IMG/VR virus record: IMGVR_UViG_3300017917_004503
Coordinates: 64,001 to 128,000 of that record
From: a virus
Strand: one strand, 5' to 3'
DNA length: 64,000 bases
In this document: one piece after another, positions 56,201-64,000 of the stretch
Numbering within the stretch: the first letter of the stretch is position 1
How the letters are laid out: each line of letters opens with the position of its first letter
Program-made: the position numbers and the translations under genes
The notes under the pieces: model-generated
Seen by the model: the letters and a program-made list of their open reading frames with translations, nothing else
What the model was told of the DNA's origin: nothing
The model's database searches: none

Positions 56201-56906
56201 AGCTGCTGTTTGGAACGGAACGTTTACCTCAGGTACAGGAGGAACTGCTAATGGTAGCGGATATCTTTCTGAATTCTGTATCCATACGAGCCATCCTTAT
56301 TTAGTTTCTATTGGATCTAGTTATTCTTTTACTAACTATCCTGATTTGGTAAAACCTTATAATGCAAGTGGAGTAACTTATGCACCATTCAGACATACCC
56401 AAACATTCTGGGGTGATACAAGTTTATCTGTTTACTGGGTTCAACAATCTTTTAGGGAGGTAACTCAAACTTTCCCTACTGGAGCAACTGCATCAAGAAA
56501 TGATAGAATGTATCCAGATAAATTAGGGTTTTCTTCAAATGATGAATATCTAATTGGTAAATTCTCTTGTGGTGCATATTTATATTTAGGACCAGTAACT
56601 TTAAGTGCTGTTCAAGTTCCTGGTACAACTGCGATGAGTATTAGATTCCTCGGTGACGGAGATAGCAATGCGATAAACGTCCCTCTTATTTACCAATTTA
56701 GAGCCGTTGATAAATTAGGGTATATTGGTGGTTGGAGAAAGGCAGGAAACCTTTCTAACATCACGTATACAAAGAAGATTGGAATTGACATCCAGGTTAA
56801 GGGCGAAGATATATTCTCATTCGATGTTCAGGTAACAGGAGCATACCAAAATGATACGTTAGTTGCACCTAATTTCGATAGTGGAGTAAAGGCGCTAAAT
56901 TTTTAA
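53262..56906 (+). CDS. Large virion structural protein
   Basis: 1214 aa in a late operon; coiled coils and beta-rich domains. Confidence 0.5.
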   Translation: MAGTQNSISSLVAQFLRLQKNSLEITNGLNEVAVSTNETVSIEVLDEQGLPKTVNIPSYGYIRGEIQRIDNNIRSLAGIGETYSTVRNADGTYSQVFKAEPLKEPVRITNLVVPSTFDVKDNWFFESFLSPLLYVNVDVTGQIPEASDRIVVKRIIANTTTDQQKFYFDQNLKGRNDLSYDEFINILNDQGIGYFTDEDIEQLPLRTIRYVGSFSVLSYYDDVVNLIDANGNPYQETRRNYKLDKLTYTDTLSNIIDGRSLNVGDKISTQDGSQYQVTKVDNDQASIQAKLVSGFQPILLGADTLQISSTDFGPRYVQVNVGYDERQGVFFKPIDDNFNIVAAIWSTGIIFWSSELRTKNQNGEVVTLENYYLTEVADLGKIFLGAAKEKKVPAIEGIKPEAPVVTQDSFKVVQINKQVTDSVPISVITDKLSAKTALQSEIQSLDNAINQSRLQLNTGLAITNQGAVTLTNVSDSPILGANLTPNSVVSQRNTPIGVNTESVKANLNNLIDQRIKKVELYGSLVSEVKTLTQDVPQIVTPPKYRVRGFWPFPTPKISPSTGLQQVIQFSVRYRYLSDSGAAQPSEQIDFTDNNGSRKNAAFSNWTEYKTDIRKKVYDSNTGTYVWAPEDTSDANVQNINQLDIAITKGERLEIQIASISEAGWPDNPIMSDYSPSVIVSFPDSLSVNGISPALQTNLEDSAVVKVQSNLNAQGLPIHLSQQFVSGDKTYFHDSNGIASGFYTNTGSVINLFDKLIDLQNQITQLRSQIEQAKGILEVYIIDSNNNKIKVSRGSTIKLNAGFYNEIFTNPLTSDAGKIASITYSIQLYNPQASPVELASTVPGGLETRVPTDLTTISGYSTNLRYGDGPISLTSIVPTDVTASTSFIQAPPYASCSAFSQFIYPRYRNVGFNQVLYNNNQTDLSQYFTNTYSNSYTYNGQSASQQINFGVAGTYPQNGQIFTPYDPTLYSDYLTVTGGTAAAVWNGTFTSGTGGTANGSGYLSEFCIHTSHPYLVSIGSSYSFTNYPDLVKPYNASGVTYAPFRHTQTFWGDTSLSVYWVQQSFREVTQTFPTGATASRNDRMYPDKLGFSSNDEYLIGKFSCGAYLYLGPVTLSAVQVPGTTAMSIRFLGDGDSNAINVPLIYQFRAVDKLGYIGGWRKAGNLSNITYTKKIGIDIQVKGEDIFSFDVQVTGAYQNDTLVAPNFDSGVKALNF

Positions 56907-56929
56907 TAAAATAAACTTGAGCTTCAAAT

Positions 56930-59900
56930 ATGTCTCAATCAAAGCTTTTCGATTATAATTCTTCTTTTTCTGTAATCAGAACGAATCCTAAACTTGCCGG
57001 TAATTTTAAAATAACGGTCGATTCTGATGGCGGGGTTTGGTTTAATTCAATGAATGTTAATCCTATTCTCTCACAGGATAAGTACAAAAAATTCAATATC
57101 TCTGGTGACAATACTTATGCTTCAGATATTAACAAGTTTTTCGATGAAGGTAAGTTATCATCAGATATAATCTTTCAGGTTGGTAAATTTACTGATGGTG
57201 AAAATCAATCGGCTCAGCAGTTTGCCGAACAGTATGATTTTTTTTATGCTAGTGGTGCTCAGGCCTTAATAGATAAAAATTACGGGGAAGATTTTAGTTA
57301 TTTTGCACCTTTGTGGGTTAAGAATGAAATCCCAGATTTCTTTGTAATCTTTAAAGTCTCTGATCCTTTAGATTATCCTTATTCTCAAAATGTAACCGAT
57401 ATCCAAGAAAATCTTAATTACATAGTTATCCAAGATTATACTTCTACTGAAAACTTTGTAGTTTCATACGGAAAAGATTCTGCAGGTAATGATTTATTTT
57501 TTGGCAATGGAGAGGTTTTTCAAGGAAAGATTAATCTTTCATCATATCAAATAATTAGTGGAACCGGTAAGGTTGCAGTTTATGATGAGTTATATTACCT
57601 ACCGGACGTCAATGACATTTCTTCTACTTTTACACAAAAGATTCTTAATAAAGCAACTGTTATAAAAACATTCGATCTGAGAGAAAATACAAAAATTGGT
57701 AATTATATCAGATCTATTTTCAATAACCCTGGTTTTTCTAAATCTCCTCTTGAGGTTAGTTGGGGATATGATTCTTATACTTATTTTAAAGGTGCCAGCA
57801 TTACTGAAGGAGTATACACAAAAAAAGGTGAGCTTCTAAATGACTACTTTTCAACATCTGCATCAGATGGTATGATAGATTTTGAGGATTACTTAACTTC
57901 TGGATTTTCTAGAAATAATATAGTCTGTCCTAATTTATTAAATTTAGAATTTCTTTTTAATGACGATGAATCTGAACTGTATACGATTAATAGATACCTT
58001 GGATTTTATGTTTCTCGAAACGATGTTGCTCAATTTAGAATGAATGGTCAATTCTTCTACGAATTTAGAAACCTTGAAGGGAATGATAATCTACCTAAAC
58101 CAACAAGAAATGATTTTGGATACTATTACAACAACTATTCTAAAATTTTCGGTGCAACTTCTGGAATTAGATTGTTTTATGAAAACGCAACAGGATTTTT
58201 GCCTGGATCAAATAACGTCAATTTGTTAGATTCAGATAAACTCTTTTATGTTACTGATAAAAATGACAACTTCTACAGTCTTAAAAGATCTGAAAGTTAT
58301 GTCGTATCTGGTGTTACTGGTCCTGAATATTCTTATGGACCTTATGACTACTCATTAGGTTCATTCTCAGCTACAGGATCAACTGGTGCAACTTCTGGAT
58401 CAATTGTAATTCAGAATACAACAGCTAACATAAATTGGTTTACTGGTACAGATGATAAGGTAGCAACAATACTTGGTTCTAGGCCAGATTCTGCTGGTAG
58501 ATCTTATATAGAGATTAAATTTTTAGAAAACTATAACGAGACCCAGCCTTTAACCCTAAAATTGTATTGGCCAAACGGATCCCAAAAAGAAGGACCTAGA
58601 AAGTTTGATATTATTAGAAGCGGTGATTTTTCTTCAATTTTAATCTGGACAGCTGGATCGTATTATTCAACTGGAAATTCTTATTATTTCAACGCTTCTA
58701 CCGGAACAACATTCGAAGTAGCTGATGCTTTAGCTTCTGTTATAAAAGATTTAGATCAAGTAACAATAGATAGCGGACAAAATGAAAATTCTTCGATAAT
58801 AAGGGTTAAAAATCCCGGGACATTCGGTAACGAATCTTATTCTCTATCGGTTTTTGATGATTATGATTCTTTTAAGAGTAAATTCAAAGGGACATGGAAC
58901 AATACAACATCATATTTATTAGGCGATATTGTAAATTATTTAGGTAATTATTATGAAGCTTTATCTTCTGTTGTTCCACCTACTGGAGGTACGACAACGT
59001 CTCCTGATTCTAATGCTTCTTGGTCTACATATTATACTTTCTCGACATCTGGATTAATAGAGATTAATGGTATAGATGCTTCTTTACTTAATCAGGACGT
59101 CAACTTTATAGGTGGCACACAAACAAGTAATACCAGGATAATATTTTCAGCAGAAAGAAAAGATCAGGTTCAGATCGGTAATTATATAAAAACAAACTCA
59201 GGCTATTCTAGAATCGATAGCGTAACCAAATATGTTGATGATGCTATATTAGATGCAAATAATCAAGTTGTTGGATTTGATAATTTTTCGTATTGGTTAG
59301 TTGCTAATGTAGAGGATAATAATAGTATTATTGAATTAGGTTCGAATCAATCTTTTAACGTTTATCAATATGCACAATCATCGTTGGGTGTATTCACATT
59401 CTTTGATGTAAAAGAATTTGATTTTGATTTCTGGAGTTCTAATTATAACTACACTCCAAACCCTGAAACCTATAAATATTTTCAAATCCAGGCTAATACG
59501 GAGGGAGTTATTGAACCAAATATACCTTATTTTGTAAAGCGTGGACAAATAAGTTATGGTGGAAATATCTATAATCAAGGTAATTTATTTTACGGTGTAA
59601 CAGGATACACATCCTTTGAAGTTTCAGATCCTAGCTTAAATACTCCTTTCGATCAAATTCTTTCTGCCCAATCTAATTTTGCGACATCTCAGCAAATCTC
59701 AGTTTCTTCTAATGTTGTAGTTTTTCCAGCTCAGTATTCTGATGTTATTTATAATTCTTCCACTACTTCATACGATAACATTGGTTATCAGACTGATATG
59801 AATTCATTTAATGGATTCATTGGAATACAGGGTATTTTATTGGATCCACAAAATATAGACCCAACTAAGGAAGAAATTTTTGCTTATGGTAAGTTGAAAA

Positions 59901-62479
59901 CTGAATACGAATACTTAAAAGAGAACTTCACAGTACAAAGATCGAATATATCAAGAATTGTACCTTATATTAACAAATGGGGTTCTTCTATAGGGACTGA
60001 TTCGAGAGGAAATAGATATAGACTGAACATTAGTCCAGCTTTTTCACCTACCAATTTTTCTCCAAGTTTTGAAAAGATAACACCAGATCCCAAATATCTA
60101 ACACACGAATGGTTTTTACTTGAAACACCTCCTAGATATTTTCCTCTGGATTATATGAATGAACAAAACAGCTATCTATCGGGTCCCATAGATCTGGATA
60201 GAGCAAGAAGTGTAGATCCGAATGATAATCTTTACCTTTCTTCTTATTTTACAGTCGAACCCGAAGACTATGAAGCTGCCTTTAGAGATACCAGTAATTA
60301 CACCAAAGAGTTCTTTACTAATTTTCAGTTTAATCAAGCTTCAGGTTATTATGAAACTATATTTAGAGGATGTAAGATAGTTTTAAAGAAAAGATCTGAT
60401 GTTGTTACGGAGGGATTGGAAGAATCAGACCGATATATCAGAGGATATAGAGGATATGAGGATTATAAATTTGCTGCACTATTGAGAGCAGTGGAAGAAG
60501 ATGACACAACTATACAATCACCTGTCAAATACCAAGTGATAGAAAACACTGAACAAAAATTTGTTTTATTCGTTTGTGATATAGTTATCAGAGAGCAGAG
60601 GGCTTTTGATTTAGGTGTTACTGGTCCTACCGGATTAACGGGTCCAAACCCAACCATAGATTACACGTTCTTATACTCTGTAGATTCTAAATTGAAAGCT
60701 GTAAATCCTCCGCAAAACGGACAGGCTTTCACCAGTGTTGATGATATCAAATTGAGTTGCTCTTTAGATCTTTCTTTAGGCTCTTCTAGCTTTGTTAATG
60801 AAACTAGCAGTCCTGGTATAATAAACATATACAGAAATCCTGAATATGAAACAGATCTAAGAGAAGAAATTCATGTTTTTTATGTTGAAAATTCATCAGG
60901 ATCAACCGGAGGTCCTAGCTCAACTGGTAAAGCAAGTTTTACTGTACCTTCTATTTCAAGCACATATCCTTGGCCTACTGGAGTTGGCCCAAGTTATGTT
61001 GAGTTTGGAAAGGTTGCAACGGCTTCAAATTATGTGTTCTCTATTCCTTTTTCTCTAGTGACCCCTAATATAGTTCCTATTGGTCCTTCTTCTGTATATA
61101 GAAATAAACCAGTTTTCCAGAAAGAGGGTGGGGATTCTTATTATAAATCTTTATTAGGAAGAATTTCGGTAGCTTACATTTCGGATAAATTTAATAGAAG
61201 CTCTCCGTATATTTCTTATACAACTTACGATTTAGACAACCAAACTGGACAAGAAGTTATAACATCAAATAACTTTGAACTGTATTTTGAAAAACCTACT
61301 AAGATTACTAAAATTACTGGAAGTACTCCCGTTGTATCCTTTAATGGACCTCAGATATTAAGAGGTTCTAGAAGTATAACTGGATATAACATTATCCAAA
61401 ATAACAGATCTATTCCTTCTATTATGATTAGATATTCTGGAGACTATGAACCTTTGACCAGAAAGATAATCTACTTTGATAAGGATAAATCCGATACTTT
61501 AATTGGGTCTAATAATGTTGATTTGTCTTTTAGAAATTGCAACTTTGCACCTAATAAAAAATATTTTGGAGTATCTAGAAATTTAAATTACACCAAGGTT
61601 TCTTTGGGTAATAATATATTATCTTCTGCTACTAAATTTCCAGAAGGTGCTAGATACCCTTACATAGGTATAACACCAATCTCTTATAAAGACTTTAATT
61701 TATTTTCTTCATCTTGGGATCCTGGATATTATAATAGATATGATTCTGCAACTAGAATGAGAAAAGTGGCAGGAACAAGAAGCATGAAAGAATTTAAAAC
61801 TTTCTTTGGTTCTAAGATAATGCAAACTCCTGATCCTGTTTCTGTAAATAATTATATTACACTTCAAGTTTCTAGAACTTCTGGTGATAGTAGGGTAAGC
61901 GTTTTAAATGATCAGATACTTTCTTCTGTTAAGACCATTCAAGAGATAAATAAAAACAATTCAGGAACCGGTATTGGATCTTTTGGACCATATCTTTCAA
62001 GCGTTGATTATAACAAGCTAGATCAAGCAATTTTTCCAAACGTTGAAATTTTTTGGCAATGGTTTGAAAATGAGAGAAAGATTAAAGGAGTAATTAGGCT
62101 AGATAGAATGCTAAGAAGATTCCTTTTAAATAGTGGTATAAAACAAGTTTTTGTTGATAATATGATAACTGAATTTGGTGTTGGAAATCCCAAATCAATT
62201 AACGATGATGTTAATGAGTATATCGATTTAAACGTGAATCCTATTTATCAAGGAGATGTGTTTAATTTATATGTAAAGAAAACTGCCTCTGAGACAATTC
62301 CTACCATTCAGATAGTTAGAGGAGATATAGCCACTGTGGATAAATATAAGATGGAATATTTCGAGGATACGAACTATAAATTAACTAAGCAGAGTAACCT
62401 CATTTATGAATTCGAGTATTCGACTGAGTCTAATTTTTATTACTCGATTTTGTTTAATTTCAGAATAACCAAAATTTAA
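56930..62479 (+). CDS. Very large virion structural protein with a CBM5/12-like motif
   Basis: 1849 aa; WNNTTSYLLGDIVNYLGNYYEAL...P...W motif at about 58889-59026. Confidence 0.5.
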   Translation: MSQSKLFDYNSSFSVIRTNPKLAGNFKITVDSDGGVWFNSMNVNPILSQDKYKKFNISGDNTYASDINKFFDEGKLSSDIIFQVGKFTDGENQSAQQFAEQYDFFYASGAQALIDKNYGEDFSYFAPLWVKNEIPDFFVIFKVSDPLDYPYSQNVTDIQENLNYIVIQDYTSTENFVVSYGKDSAGNDLFFGNGEVFQGKINLSSYQIISGTGKVAVYDELYYLPDVNDISSTFTQKILNKATVIKTFDLRENTKIGNYIRSIFNNPGFSKSPLEVSWGYDSYTYFKGASITEGVYTKKGELLNDYFSTSASDGMIDFEDYLTSGFSRNNIVCPNLLNLEFLFNDDESELYTINRYLGFYVSRNDVAQFRMNGQFFYEFRNLEGNDNLPKPTRNDFGYYYNNYSKIFGATSGIRLFYENATGFLPGSNNVNLLDSDKLFYVTDKNDNFYSLKRSESYVVSGVTGPEYSYGPYDYSLGSFSATGSTGATSGSIVIQNTTANINWFTGTDDKVATILGSRPDSAGRSYIEIKFLENYNETQPLTLKLYWPNGSQKEGPRKFDIIRSGDFSSILIWTAGSYYSTGNSYYFNASTGTTFEVADALASVIKDLDQVTIDSGQNENSSIIRVKNPGTFGNESYSLSVFDDYDSFKSKFKGTWNNTTSYLLGDIVNYLGNYYEALSSVVPPTGGTTTSPDSNASWSTYYTFSTSGLIEINGIDASLLNQDVNFIGGTQTSNTRIIFSAERKDQVQIGNYIKTNSGYSRIDSVTKYVDDAILDANNQVVGFDNFSYWLVANVEDNNSIIELGSNQSFNVYQYAQSSLGVFTFFDVKEFDFDFWSSNYNYTPNPETYKYFQIQANTEGVIEPNIPYFVKRGQISYGGNIYNQGNLFYGVTGYTSFEVSDPSLNTPFDQILSAQSNFATSQQISVSSNVVVFPAQYSDVIYNSSTTSYDNIGYQTDMNSFNGFIGIQGILLDPQNIDPTKEEIFAYGKLKTEYEYLKENFTVQRSNISRIVPYINKWGSSIGTDSRGNRYRLNISPAFSPTNFSPSFEKITPDPKYLTHEWFLLETPPRYFPLDYMNEQNSYLSGPIDLDRARSVDPNDNLYLSSYFTVEPEDYEAAFRDTSNYTKEFFTNFQFNQASGYYETIFRGCKIVLKKRSDVVTEGLEESDRYIRGYRGYEDYKFAALLRAVEEDDTTIQSPVKYQVIENTEQKFVLFVCDIVIREQRAFDLGVTGPTGLTGPNPTIDYTFLYSVDSKLKAVNPPQNGQAFTSVDDIKLSCSLDLSLGSSSFVNETSSPGIINIYRNPEYETDLREEIHVFYVENSSGSTGGPSSTGKASFTVPSISSTYPWPTGVGPSYVEFGKVATASNYVFSIPFSLVTPNIVPIGPSSVYRNKPVFQKEGGDSYYKSLLGRISVAYISDKFNRSSPYISYTTYDLDNQTGQEVITSNNFELYFEKPTKITKITGSTPVVSFNGPQILRGSRSITGYNIIQNNRSIPSIMIRYSGDYEPLTRKIIYFDKDKSDTLIGSNNVDLSFRNCNFAPNKKYFGVSRNLNYTKVSLGNNILSSATKFPEGARYPYIGITPISYKDFNLFSSSWDPGYYNRYDSATRMRKVAGTRSMKEFKTFFGSKIMQTPDPVSVNNYITLQVSRTSGDSRVSVLNDQILSSVKTIQEINKNNSGTGIGSFGPYLSSVDYNKLDQAIFPNVEIFWQWFENERKIKGVIRLDRMLRRFLLNSGIKQVFVDNMITEFGVGNPKSINDDVNEYIDLNVNPIYQGDVFNLYVKKTASETIPTIQIVRGDIATVDKYKMEYFEDTNYKLTKQSNLIYEFEYSTESNFYYSILFNFRITKI

Positions 62480-62481
62480 AA

Positions 62482-64000
62482 ATGCCAAGTACTAATATAC
62501 AAACAATTTTATATTCTGATAATACAGATCAGACCATAGACAAGCTCAATAATAATTTCGATGAAATTGTTGAGCTTCATGGAGGTACTATAGGTACTAT
62601 AGGTCCAACTGGAAGTCCAGGTGCTCTAGGAGAAAGAGGAATCCCAGGATCAACCGGAATATCTGGACCAAGAGGAACAAGATGGTTTATTTCAACATCT
62701 GCTCCTGCAGGACCTGCTCAGGAGGGAGATTATTGGATAGATTCGGATTCCAGTCAAATATACCAATTATATTCTTCCGGCTGGATATTTACAGGTTTTA
62801 ATGTTAATATTTCGGGTGATCTATTTCAATCTATACTTACACAGCTTCCACCCTCTTCCGGATATGCTGGAGGGACTGGAATATCTGTAGGAATGGATCA
62901 GGTGTTACCTAATAATTATCTATACACTTTAAGTGACGTAACACCCGAATTTGGTATAACCAACCAAACTTTGTCGAAATTTCTAATCGCAACAAATTCT
63001 ACAGAGAATGATGCTCCGCTTTTAGAATTTTCTAAAAGTAATGTTGAAAGTGGACAGATCTCTGATTATTCTAAACATCCTGTTTTTACGTGGCCGAATG
63101 TTAATCCCTCTGATAATTCTTTAGAGTTAACAGTTCCAGGAGGGAGTTTTTCAATGGGTCTTTCTGGAGGAACGAAAGCCGGATTTAATAATTTTAGTCT
63201 GGATTCTCAGGGACCAATTGTAATTGATTATGGAGCTACTTCATCAAGTGGAATATACTCTACTGGAGGTTTTTCTTTCGATGCTTCTTCTGGAAGATTT
63301 AATATCACTAGCCAATTTTTAAGAATACTTGGTGGATCCGGAGAATTTAGAAATCCAATTTCTTCTACAGCAACACTAAATGAAAGCAATCCATCGGTTA
63401 CTGTTTCGATAGGAGGAACCTCCGGATTATTAAGCACGAGATCTGGTGATTCTCATTCAACTATTTCGCATAACGTTAATCACATTTCATTAGAAACAAC
63501 GTCATCGACACAATTTTCGCTTAACACAAAAGGTAAGCTAACTACAAAAAAGACAGTAGAGGGTATAACGTACGCAAGTCAAACTCCCGGTGTTACTGGT
63601 ACAGTGAGTGCAGATTTCGTTAACTGGTATCTAATATCCAAACCTGGATCTTCAGTTTCTTCTTCAGTTCTTAGCAATGGTAATACCATGATTATAAGTC
63701 CTTCTGTTTCAAGTGGAAAAATTGGGGTTGGATTTTACACAAATCCATCTGATTATTTTGGATGGGGTAGCACAGCAGGCGTCTTAGCTGGTGAGTCGAT
63801 GGATGTGAAAGTTTTTCTTTCTTCTGAGAACTTTTCTCAAACATACGGCGGAATAAGCTATCTTGGCGTTGGAGCTACTTCTGGATCAATAGTCAATAAG
63901 GTTTCTTTGCCTTTTAGGGCTTCTGCAATAGATTTTACTATAGCCAAAGGAGTTACCGGTGGACAGGTTACCACTGTGTATTATACAGCTTACGGAATAA
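62482..64000 (+). CDS. Collagen-repeat tail fibre protein, 3'-truncated (absent from the ORF track)
   Basis: ATG 62482 MPSTNIQTILYSDNTDQTIDKLNNNFDEI; ten G-X-Y triplets at 62584-62676; GTRWF...GDYWID motif; the frame has no stop in the parts read and appears to run off the window end. Confidence 0.75.
   Translation, partial: MPSTNIQTILYSDNTDQTIDKLNNNFDEIVELHGGTIGTIGPTGSPGALGERGIPGSTGISGPRGTRWFISTSAPAGPAQEGDYWIDSDSSQIYQLYSSGWIFTGFNVNISGDLFQSILTQLPPSSGYAGGTGISVGMDQVLPNNYLYTLSDVTPEFGITNQTLSKFLIATNSTENDAPLLEFSKSNVESGQISDYSKHPVFTWPNVNPSDNSLELTVPGGSFSMGLSGGTKAGFNNFSLDSQGPIVIDYGATSSSGIYSTGGFSFDASSGRFNITSQFLRILGGSGEFRNPISSTATLNESNPSVTVSIGGTSGLLSTRSGDSHSTISHNVNHISLETTSSTQFSLNTKGKLTTKKTVEGITYASQTPGVTGTVSADFVNWYLISKPGSSVSSSVLSNGNTMIISPSVSSGKIGVGFYTNPSDYFGWGSTAGVLAGESMDVKVFLSSENFSQTYGGISYLGVGATSGSIVNKVSLPFRASAIDFTIAKGVTGGQVTTVYYTAYGI

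Noticed and set aside
483-63437. Short antisense or out-of-frame ORFs in the track (e.g. 483, 2182, 4300, 18075, 27693, 33079, 44521, 49147, 50215, 63228)
   Set aside because: They lie within longer, motif-supported genes and have no recognisable motifs or promoters.
1-64000. Stop-codon reassignment as seen in some jumbo phages
   Set aside because: Genes are full length and densely packed in the standard code; TAA, TAG and TGA all end genes at sensible boundaries.
1-64000. tRNA, rRNA, introns, inteins, integrase or transposase
   Set aside because: Intergenic gaps are short and explained by promoters and terminators; no such motifs recognised by eye, though a covariance-model search was not possible.

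Overview
An AT-rich 64 kb segment of a large (probably jumbo) T4-like myophage genome read in the standard genetic code, almost entirely on the + strand. It holds the head module (gp21-like prohead protease fused to a 14-aa-repeat scaffold, gp23-like major capsid protein, many putative internal head proteins), a baseplate/neck module (tube-cap-like, gp53/LysM-like, hub, gp5-like spike, gp13-like neck, gp25, gp6, very large wedge/fibre proteins) and interspersed accessory genes (degenerate UvsE, DEDD exonuclease, nucleotidyltransferase, P-loop kinase + AsnB, Nudix, ribosomal protein S1 homologue, amidoligase-like protein, PhoH). Promoter motifs, weak Shine-Dalgarno signals and the S1 N-terminus suggest a Bacteroidota host. 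The strongest candidate for an undescribed system is virion O-glycosylation: a glycosyltransferase with motifs of the plant HPAT/SERGT1 (GT95/GT96) peptidyl O-glycosyltransferases lies directly behind a baseplate protein with mucin-like Thr stalks, and short G-x-T-G/T-G motifs recur in most outer virion proteins. Other highlights are a likely nested scaffold gene with its own late promoter, a shared capsid-targeting/cleavage signal on many cargo proteins, two phage promoter classes, and a UvsE lacking its metal ligands. All family assignments come from motif recognition by eye; no database searches were run.
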